Positions 55,521-64,000 of a stretch of DNA of 64,000 nucleotides are shown piece by piece (within the stretch, counting starts at the first letter, position 1; each line of letters opens with the position of its first letter). Source of the DNA: an uncultured Alphaproteobacteria bacterium (GTDB taxonomy: Bacteria; Pseudomonadota; Alphaproteobacteria; UBA6615); the NCBI GenBank assembly GCA_943787745.1, contig CALSNJ010000005.1, positions 108,455 to 172,454 of the forward strand, in the 5' to 3' direction. A program made the translations under genes and the position numbers. The notes under the pieces were generated by a model that did not search any database, was not told where the DNA came from, and saw nothing but the letters and a program-made list of their open reading frames with translations.

Positions 55521-57524
55521 ATGGACGGTTCTGCTGGGATTTCAGCTGTAGATGGCGCTGTGGACAAATCGCGCAAAGATATTGAAACGGAAGATTTGGA
55601 CTTGTTTGAAACGGAAGAATTGGAACTGGAATCAGTCGATTCCGCCGAAATTGAAGCGACTCGGGATGTGGATAACGACCTCGTGGGCAAGGATGCCGAC
55701 ACGGGGAACATCTACCAGACCGACCGTGTGCGTATTCAGATTGACCCGTCCCGCGACGAGCTGCTGACCGCATTCGGTAAGGAAACCCTTGAGGATCGCT
55801 ACCTTCTCAACCACGAGAAGGGTTCCCCGCAGAAGTTGTTTGCGCGCGTTGCCAGTCATTACGCGGATGATTCCGAGCACGCACAGCGCATCTACGACTA
55901 CATCTCGAAGCTCTGGTTCATGCCGGCAACGCCGGTTCTGTCCAATGGCGGCACTGAGCGCGGCCTGCCGATCTCCTGCTTCCTGAACGAGGCTTCGGAT
56001 TCTCTCGAAGGTATCGTTGACCTTTGGAACGAGAATGTCTGGCTAGCTTCCCGCGGTGGCGGCATCGGCAGTTACTGGGGCAATTTGCGCTCCATCGGCG
56101 AGCAGGTCGGCCATAACGGCAAGACCTCTGGCGTCGTCCCGTTCATCCGCGTGATGGATTCCCTTACTCTGGCGATCAGTCAGGGTTCGCTGCGACGCGG
56201 GTCGGCGGCGGTTTATCTGCCGATTGATCATCCCGAAGTTGAGGAGTTCATCGAAATTCGCCGGCCGACAGGTGGTGATCCGAACCGCAAGGCGCAGAAC
56301 CTGCATCATGGCGTGTTGATCTCTGATGCGTTCATGCGTGCGGTGGAAGCCGATGAAGACTGGGCGCTTGTCAGCCCCAAGGATCGCGCGCCGATCGCCA
56401 CGGTAAAGGCACGTGCACTCTGGATTCGTCTGCTGACGGCCCGGATTGAGACCGGCGAGCCCTATATCGTCTACTCCGACACGGTGAACAGCAGTATTCC
56501 TGAGCACCAGAAGCTGGCGGGCCTGACGGTCAAGACCTCGAACCTGTGTTCCGAGATCACACTCCCGACCGGTCTGGACCATCTCGGCAATGACCGCACG
56601 GCGGTGTGCTGCCTGTCGTCACTGAATGTTGAGAACTTCCTCGAGTGGAAGGATCATCCGACCTTCATCGAAGACGTGATGCGCTTCCTCGACAATGTGC
56701 TTCAGGACTTCATCGACAACGCCGAAGATTCCTTCGCCAAGGCCAAATATTCGGCTGCGCGCGAGCGTTCGGTCGGGCTCGGCATTATGGGCTTCCATTC
56801 TTTCTTGCAGGATCAGCGGGTGCCGTTCGAATCTGCCATCGCGAAAGCCTGGAACAAGAAGATGTTCAAGCATATTCGCGAGCAGGCCGATGCTGCGTCC
56901 GTAATGCTGGCTGAAGAACGTGGTGCCTGTCTGGATGCCCAGGATTACGGGATCATGGAGCGGTTCTCGAACAAGATGGCGATCGCACCGACCGCGTCGA
57001 TTTCGATCATCTGCGGTGGTGCCTCACCGGGCATCGAGCCGATTGCAGCCAACAGCTTCACTCACAAGACGCTGTCGGGCTCGTTCAATGTCCGCTCGAA
57101 AGCCTTGAAGACTCTTCTGGCCGAAAAGGGTCAGGATACGGACGAAGTGTGGTCTTCGATTACCACCGGTGAAGGCTCAGTGCAGCATCTCGATTTCCTG
57201 ACCGATGATGAGAAGGATGTCTTCAAGACGGCCTTTGAGATCGATCAGCGCTGGGTCATTGATCTGGCCGCCGATCGCTCGCCCTTCATTTGTCAGTCAC
57301 AGTCCCTGAACGTGTTTCTGGCTGCCGACGTGCACAAGCGCGATTTGCACCAGATCCACTTCCAGGCCTGGAAGAAGGGTGTGAAGAGCCTCTACTATTG
57401 CCGCTCGAAATCACTGCAGCGCTCCGAAAGTGTTGGCGCGCTGGTGCCGGTGACGGGCGACGAAGAGGCGGATCGCGCCGCGGCAAGCCGCAACGATTAT
57501 GAGGAATGCCTCGCCTGTCAGTAG
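55521..57524 (+). CDS. nrdA: Ribonucleoside-diphosphate reductase class I alpha subunit
   Basis: WFMPATPVLSN, PISCFL, SNLCSEI, AIAPTAS, SLYY.RS, C-terminal ECLACQ; RBS GGAGG. Confidence 0.95.
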   Translation: MDGSAGISAVDGAVDKSRKDIETEDLDLFETEELELESVDSAEIEATRDVDNDLVGKDADTGNIYQTDRVRIQIDPSRDELLTAFGKETLEDRYLLNHEKGSPQKLFARVASHYADDSEHAQRIYDYISKLWFMPATPVLSNGGTERGLPISCFLNEASDSLEGIVDLWNENVWLASRGGGIGSYWGNLRSIGEQVGHNGKTSGVVPFIRVMDSLTLAISQGSLRRGSAAVYLPIDHPEVEEFIEIRRPTGGDPNRKAQNLHHGVLISDAFMRAVEADEDWALVSPKDRAPIATVKARALWIRLLTARIETGEPYIVYSDTVNSSIPEHQKLAGLTVKTSNLCSEITLPTGLDHLGNDRTAVCCLSSLNVENFLEWKDHPTFIEDVMRFLDNVLQDFIDNAEDSFAKAKYSAARERSVGLGIMGFHSFLQDQRVPFESAIAKAWNKKMFKHIREQADAASVMLAEERGACLDAQDYGIMERFSNKMAIAPTASISIICGGASPGIEPIAANSFTHKTLSGSFNVRSKALKTLLAEKGQDTDEVWSSITTGEGSVQHLDFLTDDEKDVFKTAFEIDQRWVIDLAADRSPFICQSQSLNVFLAADVHKRDLHQIHFQAWKKGVKSLYYCRSKSLQRSESVGALVPVTGDEEADRAAASRNDYEECLACQ

Positions 57525-57604
57525 GCAGACGACACAATTTCGACGTGTAACGCCCCGGGCCTGAAGGCACCGGGGCGGCGCGTCCCGGGAAGAGGAAAGT
57601 ATCA

Positions 57605-58564
57605 ATGTCACTGCTCGAATCACGCGTTCAGTACAAGCCGTTCAGCTACCCATGGGCCTATGACGCCTGGCTGATGCAGCAGCGTGTCCACTGGTTGCCC
57701 GAAGAGGTGCCGCTGGCCGACGATGTGAAGGATTGGCATCGCACGCTTGATAACTCCGAGCGCAACTTGCTCACACATATTTTCCGCTTCTTCACGCAAG
57801 CCGATGTGGAAGTGAACAACTGCTACATGAAGCACTACACGCAGGTGTTCAAACCCACCGAGATCCAGATGATGCTGGCCGCCTTCTCGAATATCGAGAC
57901 GGTGCACATCTCAGCCTATTCCCATCTGCTCGACACGATCGGTATGCCCGAGACCGAGTACTCGGCCTTCCTCAAATATCAGCAGATGAAGGACAAATAC
58001 GACTACATGCAGGAGTTCGGGGTCGAGACGAACCGCGACATCGCCATGACGCTTGCGATGTTCGGGGCGTTCACCGAGGGCCTGCAGCTGTTTGCCTCCT
58101 TCGCGATCCTGATGAACTTCCCGCGCCACAACAAGATGAAGGGCATGGGCCAGATCGTGACCTGGTCGGTGCGTGACGAAAGCCTGCACACGGCTTCAAT
58201 CATCAAGCTGTTCCGCACCTTCATCAACGAGAACCCGGAAATCTGGGACGAAGAGTTCCAGCGTGAGCTTTATGTGGCCTGCGAGACCGTGCTCAACCAT
58301 GAAGACGCTTTTATCGACCTGGCGTTTGAAATGGGCAGCCTTGAAGGTCTCGAAGCCAGGGAAGTGAAGCAGTACATCCGCTACATCGCCGATCGCCGCC
58401 TCTCGCAGCTTGGCCTGCAGCCGGTCTACCGGGTCGAAGCGAACCCGCTGCCGTGGATGGAAGAGATGCTCAACGGTGTTGAGCACGCCAACTTCTTCGA
58501 AAACCGCTCAACCGAATATTCCAAGGCCGCAACCCAGGGTGACTGGGAAGAAGCATTCGAGTAG
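57605..58564 (+). CDS. nrdB: Ribonucleoside-diphosphate reductase class I beta subunit
   Basis: YKPF.YPW, HW.PEEV, FFTQAD, E..H..AY, EGLQLF.SF, RDESLH, NFFENR.TEY. Confidence 0.96.
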   Translation: MSLLESRVQYKPFSYPWAYDAWLMQQRVHWLPEEVPLADDVKDWHRTLDNSERNLLTHIFRFFTQADVEVNNCYMKHYTQVFKPTEIQMMLAAFSNIETVHISAYSHLLDTIGMPETEYSAFLKYQQMKDKYDYMQEFGVETNRDIAMTLAMFGAFTEGLQLFASFAILMNFPRHNKMKGMGQIVTWSVRDESLHTASIIKLFRTFINENPEIWDEEFQRELYVACETVLNHEDAFIDLAFEMGSLEGLEAREVKQYIRYIADRRLSQLGLQPVYRVEANPLPWMEEMLNGVEHANFFENRSTEYSKAATQGDWEEAFE

Positions 58565-58585
58565 ACGCGACATCAGATCCAATTC

Positions 58586-58620
58586 AACGCGGCAACGGAG
58601 TTTCTCCCTTGCCGCGTTTT
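58586..58620 (+). terminator. Putative intrinsic terminator after nrdB
   Basis: AACGCGGCAA...TTGCCGCGTTTT hairpin. Confidence 0.6.
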
Positions 58621-58647
58621 CGTGTCCACCCTGTATGATCGGTGACC

Positions 58648-60415
58648 ATGACCACCGAACAAATTTCCATCTTCGCCATTCTGGGCTTGTCGCTTGTCTT
58701 CTTCATGTGGGGGCGGTGGCGGTATGACGTGGTGGCGTTCACTGCGTTGATCGTGGGGGTTGTTGCTGGCGTCGTGCCCACGGACGCCGCCTTTGCCGGG
58801 TTCGGCCATCCCGCGGTGATCACGGTGGCCGCTGTGCTGGTGATCAGCCGCACGCTTCAGGTCTCCGGGGTTATCTCTATCTTTGCGGATGCCGTGGTGC
58901 GGTTTGCCAAGGGACAGGGAACCCAGATGGGTGCGCTGTCGGGGCTGGGCGCATTGTTGTCGGCATTCATGAACAATGTCGGGGCGCTGGCGCTGCTGAT
59001 GCCGCTGGCGTTGCGTCTGTCCGAACGCCCTTCGGCGGTACTGATGCCGCTCTCTTTTGCGACGATCCTCGGTGGGCTCGTCACCCTGATCGGCACACCG
59101 CCGAACATCATTATCGCGACCTATCGCGCCGATGTGACGGGTACGCCGTTTGCCATGTTCGACTTTGCCTTTGTCGGGCTGCCCATCGCGGTCGTCGGCA
59201 TGGCATTTGTCCTGCTGATCGGCTGGCGGCTGATTCCCTCGGATCGCACGAGCCGCCGTTCGGCAGAAGAGATGTTCGACCTCGACAGTTACATCGTCGA
59301 AGCGCGTCTGAACGATGATTCTGAATATGTCGGACGCAAGGTGCACGAACTCGAACAGTTGGATGAAGAGCAGAGCATTGTCGTGGGTCTGTTGCGCGAT
59401 GAAAACCGTCGGCTGATGCGGATCACGAGCGAGTATTTGCGCGCCGGGGATATCCTGTTGCTGCGCGTCGACCCCGCCACCATCGACGAATTGGTCAAAA
59501 AGGCTGGCTTGACGCTGACCGGCAGTGACCATCCCGATACGGAAAAGATCAAGTCCGATCAGGTCGGGATCGTGGAAGCCGTGGTGCAGCCCGGCTCCCG
59601 GATCGAGGGGCGCACGGCCATGAATTTGCGCCTGCGCCGTCACTTTCGGCGTTGCGCTGCTGGCGCTGGCCCGCGAAGGCGTGCCCATTCAGGAACGCAT
59701 TGCGCGGGTTCGGTTTCGCGCCGGCGATGTCTTGCTGCTGCAGGGCGAAGAAAGTGAAATGCCCGACGCCATTGCCGAAATGGGATGTCTGCCACTGGCG
59801 ACCCGAAACCTTAATATCGGCCGTGGTGGCAAGGTGCTGATTCCGGCTCTGGTGTTCGCCGCTTCTGTGTTCGCCACGGTCATGGGGTGGGCACCGGTCC
59901 ATGTGTCGTTCGCGGGAGCGGTTGTGGCATTGGTCCTGCTGGAGCGGATATCACCGCGCGAAGCTTATGAGACCATCGAATGGCCGGTGATTGTTCTGTT
60001 GGGCGCGATGATCCCGCTGGGGGATGCGTTGCAGTCGACAGGCGGCACGCAACTGATCGCCGACAGCATCGTCGGGCTGGCCGGGGCGATCCCGCCCTTC
60101 GCCATTCTGGGCATCGTGCTGGTCGTGACCATGACGCTGTCCGATCTGATGAACAACGCCGCGACGGCCATCGTGATGGCGCCGATCTCGGTCGCGATTG
60201 CGGGCAGTCTGGGCCTGAACGCCGACCCGTTCCTGATGGCCGTGGCCATCGGTGCCTCCTGTGCCTTCCTGACGCCCATCGGTCATCAGAACAACGTGTT
60301 GGTGATGGGGCCGGGGGGCTACAAGTTCGGCGATTACTGGCGCATGGGCCTGCCGCTGGAAATCATCATCGTCGCGATCTCGATCCCGTTGATCATGTTC
60401 TTCTGGCCGCTCTAG
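58648..60415 (+). CDS. SLC13/CitMHS-type permease with TrkA-C domains, split by a 1-bp insertion near 59645
   Basis: GFGHPAVITVA, SAFMNNVGA, TLIGTPPN; C-half NNAATA..MAP, AFLTPIGHQ.N..VMGPGGYKFGDYWR.GLPL; CACTTTCGGC should read CAC TTC GGC. Confidence 0.88.
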
Positions 60416-60425
60416 GACGAGGCGT

Positions 60426-61157
60426 ATGTGCGGCCGGTTCGGGATGTTCCACACCTGGGAGGAGATGCGTCTCTCCTACAATCTGCTCGGGCCTGCGCTC
60501 AATCTGATGCCGCGTTACAACATTGCGCCGACCCAGGCGGTTGTCGCGATGATCCGTGCGGCCAGCGGTTCGAATGCGGGGGGGCGCGAAGCAACAGGCT
60601 TCCAATGGGGTCTGATTCCGCCCTGGGCCAAGGACCCGTCGATGGGCGCGAAGATGAACAACGCGCGCTCGGAAACTCTGGCCGAGAAGCCTTCCTTCAA
60701 GAACGCGTTCAAACGCCGCCGCTGCCTGATCCCGGCGAGCGGCTTTTACGAATGGACAAGTACGGGCACCGGCCCGAAACAACCGGTCTGGATCGCCAAA
60801 CCGGATGCCAGCCTGATCACCTTCGCGGGCCTCTGGGAAATCTGGCACAGCCCGGATGGCGGTGAGCTACAGACCTGCACCATCGTGACGACGGCGGCGA
60901 ACGAAACCCTCAAGCCCTATCACCACCGCATGCCGGTTGTGCTCAACCCGGACAGTTTCGATGCATGGCTGGGCGATGGGCAGGAAAGCCGCGAAGATCA
61001 GGCGCGCGCGACGGCCCTTATGGTGCCCGCCCCTGAAGACACACTCATGGTTCGCCCGGTCGGTACAGCCGTCAGCAACATCCGCAATGACGGACCCGAG
61101 CTGCTCGAGGAAGTCTCCCCCGCGACGATGGCACCGAAGCAGGGGGAGCTATTTTAG
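60426..61157 (+). CDS. SOS response-associated peptidase (SRAP/YedK/HMCES family)
   Basis: MCGRF N-terminal Cys2, RYNIAPTQ, WGLIP.WAKD, NARSET, RCLIPA.GFYEW, HHRMPV. Confidence 0.95.
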   Translation: MCGRFGMFHTWEEMRLSYNLLGPALNLMPRYNIAPTQAVVAMIRAASGSNAGGREATGFQWGLIPPWAKDPSMGAKMNNARSETLAEKPSFKNAFKRRRCLIPASGFYEWTSTGTGPKQPVWIAKPDASLITFAGLWEIWHSPDGGELQTCTIVTTAANETLKPYHHRMPVVLNPDSFDAWLGDGQESREDQARATALMVPAPEDTLMVRPVGTAVSNIRNDGPELLEEVSPATMAPKQGELF

Positions 61158-63484
61158 GCAGCCGCCTGCGCGTCGTGGATCGCCTTCCAGACCTTGAACG
61201 GTGTGCACGGTGTGTCGACATGTTCGATCCCGAACTGGGACAATGCGTCCACGATGGCGTTGGTGCCCGCTGACAGCGACCCCACGGTGCCGGCTTCACC
61301 CGCACCCTTGACGCCGAGCGGGTTGGTCGGGGTGGGGACTTCGTTCTCCTCGAAGTTCACATTGCAGAAGTCGTCGGCCCGCGGCATGCAGTAATCCATG
61401 AAGGAGCCTGCGATCAGCTGGCCGCTTTCCGGGTCGTAGGTCTTGTCTTCCATCAGAACCTGACCCATGCCCTGAGCAATGCCGCCCATGATCTGTCCGC
61501 GCACCAGCATCGGATTGATGATCGTGCCCACATCGTCGACCACGGTGTAGTTGACCATCTCGGTCACGCCGGTATCGGGATCAATCTCCACTTCGCAGAT
61601 GTGACAGCCATTGGGGAAGTTGCCGGTCTTGGAATTGTAAGTACCGGTCTCATACAGGCCCGGCTCCATATCCTCGGGCAGGTCGTTGCTCTTGAACGCG
61701 GCGACGGCGACCTCGTGGATCGAAATCTCCTTGTCTGTGCCCGTGACCGAGAATTTTCCATCGGCGAATTCGATATCGGCTTCGGAGGCTTCCATCAGAT
61801 AGGCGGAGAGCTTCTTGCCCTTGGCGATGATCTTGTTTGCGGCCAGCACCATGGCGCTGCCGGTCATGATCGTCGAGCGTGAGCCGCCCGTGCCCATGCC
61901 GAAAGCCGAGACATCCGTATCGCCCTGCAGGATGCTCACCCGCTCGGGTGCGATGCCGAGCAGGTCGTTGATAATCTGCCGCTGGATTGTTGCATGACCC
62001 TGACCGTGGCTGATGGTTGAGGCCACGAAGGTCAGGTCTCCCGTGGGGTCGAAACGGAACTCGGCGGTCTCGGTTGTGTTGTCGGCAGCCCATTCCAGCG
62101 TGTTGGACATGCCGATCCCGCGCAGTTTGCCGCGAGATTCCGACTCTGCACGACGCGCCGGGAAGCCTGCCCAGTCGGCCGCCTCCATGGCCATGTCCAT
62201 ATTCTCTTCGAATTCGCCGCAATCATAGGTGTAGGTCAGCGGTGTCTTGTAAGGCATCGCCTCAGGCGGGATGGTGTTCTTGCGTCGCAATTCGGCCGGG
62301 TCAATTCCCAGCTTGTCAGCGGCCATTTCAACCATCCGCTCGATCATGAACGAGGCTTCCGGTCGCCCGGCCCCGCGATAGGGCGAGGTGCAATGAGTAT
62401 TGGTCAGCATGCCCGAAACTTCGACATAGGCGATCGGTGTTGTGTAGACGCCGATGGCGGTGCCGATATGCACCACGGGCGGGCTCGCGCCCCGATAGGA
62501 CGGGAAGGCGCCGAGGTTTCCCCAGCTGCGGACCTTCAGCGCCTTGAAGGTGCCGTCATTGTCGAAGGCGAGCGCCACATCGACCATATTGTCGCGTCCG
62601 TCATCATCGCTGAGATGGCTTTCTGACCGGTCTGCGACCCACTTCACCGCGCGACCGACATGCTTGGACACCCAGGGCATCAGAACCATCTCGGGATAGA
62701 TCGAGCCGCGCAGGCCATAGCTGCCGCCGATATCGTCGGTGACGAGACGAATTTTCGATTCCGGCACCTTGAAGGACTGGTCGGCGAGGCTCTTGCGGAA
62801 CAGCCAGGGGCGCTGGAAACCGCAGCGCAGGGTGTAGCGGCCGTCATTGGGCGAATATTCGCCGATCACGCCCCGGTTTTCCATGGCGTTCGCGGTGACC
62901 CGGTTGATCACCAGATGGTGCGAGACCACATGGTCGGCCTCTTCGAAGGCTTTGTCTGTGCCCGCCTTGTCGCCGGCCGAGTAAAGATAGGATTCGTTGT
63001 TGGGGCAGTCTTCGTACAGCTGTGGCGCGCCGTCCTCGAACGCATCCCGGCAGGAGGTCACCGCCGGTAGGACTTCATAGTCCACGTCGATCAATTCGCA
63101 GGCATCACGGGCCTGGTTCTCGGTTTCGGCCACGACCAGCACCACCGGGTAGCCGATATGCATGACCTTGCCGACAGCCAGCGCGGGGCGATCGGGGATG
63201 TACATCAATCCGCCATTGCGATGGTTGTAGTCGCCCATGCAGGGTACGACGCCCATGCCGTCGGCGCGGTAATCCTCGCCGGTGAACACACCGTGCACAC
63301 CGGGCGCAGCCTTCGCCGCCGTCGTGTCGATGGACAGGATTTTTGCGTGCGCGTGGGGTGAACGCAGGATCACGGCGCGAAGTTGGCGGTCATAGTTGAT
63401 GTCGTCCAGAAACCGGCCCTGACCGGTCAGCAATCTCTGGTCTTCCAGCCGCGTGGGCGACTGTCCGATCGAAAACTCACCCAT
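61154..63484 (-). CDS. Xanthine dehydrogenase family molybdopterin-binding large subunit
   Basis: R.EDQRLLTG.G, IGGSYG, PYRGAGRPEA, GQGHAT, GQ..GGIAQG, KGAGEAG. Confidence 0.92.
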   Translation of the reverse strand: MGEFSIGQSPTRLEDQRLLTGQGRFLDDINYDRQLRAVILRSPHAHAKILSIDTTAAKAAPGVHGVFTGEDYRADGMGVVPCMGDYNHRNGGLMYIPDRPALAVGKVMHIGYPVVLVVAETENQARDACELIDVDYEVLPAVTSCRDAFEDGAPQLYEDCPNNESYLYSAGDKAGTDKAFEEADHVVSHHLVINRVTANAMENRGVIGEYSPNDGRYTLRCGFQRPWLFRKSLADQSFKVPESKIRLVTDDIGGSYGLRGSIYPEMVLMPWVSKHVGRAVKWVADRSESHLSDDDGRDNMVDVALAFDNDGTFKALKVRSWGNLGAFPSYRGASPPVVHIGTAIGVYTTPIAYVEVSGMLTNTHCTSPYRGAGRPEASFMIERMVEMAADKLGIDPAELRRKNTIPPEAMPYKTPLTYTYDCGEFEENMDMAMEAADWAGFPARRAESESRGKLRGIGMSNTLEWAADNTTETAEFRFDPTGDLTFVASTISHGQGHATIQRQIINDLLGIAPERVSILQGDTDVSAFGMGTGGSRSTIMTGSAMVLAANKIIAKGKKLSAYLMEASEADIEFADGKFSVTGTDKEISIHEVAVAAFKSNDLPEDMEPGLYETGTYNSKTGNFPNGCHICEVEIDPDTGVTEMVNYTVVDDVGTIINPMLVRGQIMGGIAQGMGQVLMEDKTYDPESGQLIAGSFMDYCMPRADDFCNVNFEENEVPTPTNPLGVKGAGEAGTVGSLSAGTNAIVDALSQFGIEHVDTPCTPFKVWKAIHDAQAAA

Positions 63485-63559
63485 GAAACCTGCTCCTGAA
63501 ACGAAATGACGCAATCAACTGACCGGTCAAAAGTATCAGGGATGACATAGATTTGGAAC

Positions 63560-64000
63560 TTAACTTGCTGCCGAAAGTGCGAATTCGGTGATGGCGGTTT
63601 CTTCAAAGGGATCGAGCCCGGTGGCCGCTTCAAAGAGGCGCGAATCTCCCAGCCCATTGGCACATCCCTGAAGGCCCATATCGGTTGCCACCAGATACAT
63701 GGTCTGGAGCGCGACCCCCGCGTTCAGGAGGCTTGTCCGATAGGAAATGGTCTCGTACTTCCAGGCGATACGTGGAAGTCGGCTGGTGATTACAATCAAG
63801 GTATCCGCAGGTGAATCTGTCTGTCCCATGCAGGCCGCTGAAATCATGTGCATCTGCTGGCTTGCTGTTTCGCTGTCTGGCAAGTGCAGGAGCCGGTGGT
63901 TTTGACCCTGATAGTGATACAAGCCGGGTGTCAGGCCCTCGCATTGCCGCACTGCGACATAGAACTCCAGCTCATGAATACTGCCGCCGGAGGGAAAGGG
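63560..64000 (-). CDS. SagB/ThcOx family peptide dehydrogenase (5' part outside window)
   Basis: Frame open to the edge: PFPSGGSIHELEFY...GLYHY...R.AWKY..ISYR..LLNAG..LQTMYL.AT.MGL.GCA.G. Confidence 0.85.
   Translation of the reverse strand, partial: PFPSGGSIHELEFYVAVRQCEGLTPGLYHYQGQNHRLLHLPDSETASQQMHMISAACMGQTDSPADTLIVITSRLPRIAWKYETISYRTSLLNAGVALQTMYLVATDMGLQGCANGLGDSRLFEAATGLDPFEETAITEFALSAAS

Overview
GC-rich bacterial chromosomal window, most consistent with an Alphaproteobacterium (Rhodospirillales-like, inferred from glcB-ramB-aceA, the NrdAB type, a GANTC-rich nrdA promoter and the REP families). It has about 50 CDSs. The left half is a patchwork of catabolic enzymes (FAH, extradiol dioxygenase, PRISE-type SDR, AgpS-like oxidase, NtaA and LLM monooxygenases, GabD, BKACE, hydrolases, tandem haloalkane dehalogenases) plus the glyoxylate shunt. 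The right half carries speDE, tsaC, cysQ, two orphan CoxL-like Mo subunits, a split AmmeMemoRadiSam system, nrdAB, a SRAP gene and the end of a SagB/ThcOx dehydrogenase. At least four families of palindromic REP-like elements fill the intergenic spaces. I found no tRNA, rRNA, CRISPR array, transposase or integrase. Five single-base insertions (three genes) look like assembly errors. Best leads: (1) a ~2.6 kb insert bracketed by a duplicated 3' end of the amrB-amrA gene, carrying a secreted CxxxxC rhodanese plus a chemoreceptor (candidate undescribed sulfur/redox-sensing chemotaxis module); (2) a perfect CRP-type box at -41.5 of a predicted minus-strand promoter for a structured, C-rich RNA upstream of speDE; (3) tandem haloalkane dehalogenases with non-canonical motifs; (4) a probable shikimate-dehydrogenase-like pseudoenzyme. 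All calls come from reading motifs by eye; no database searches were run.
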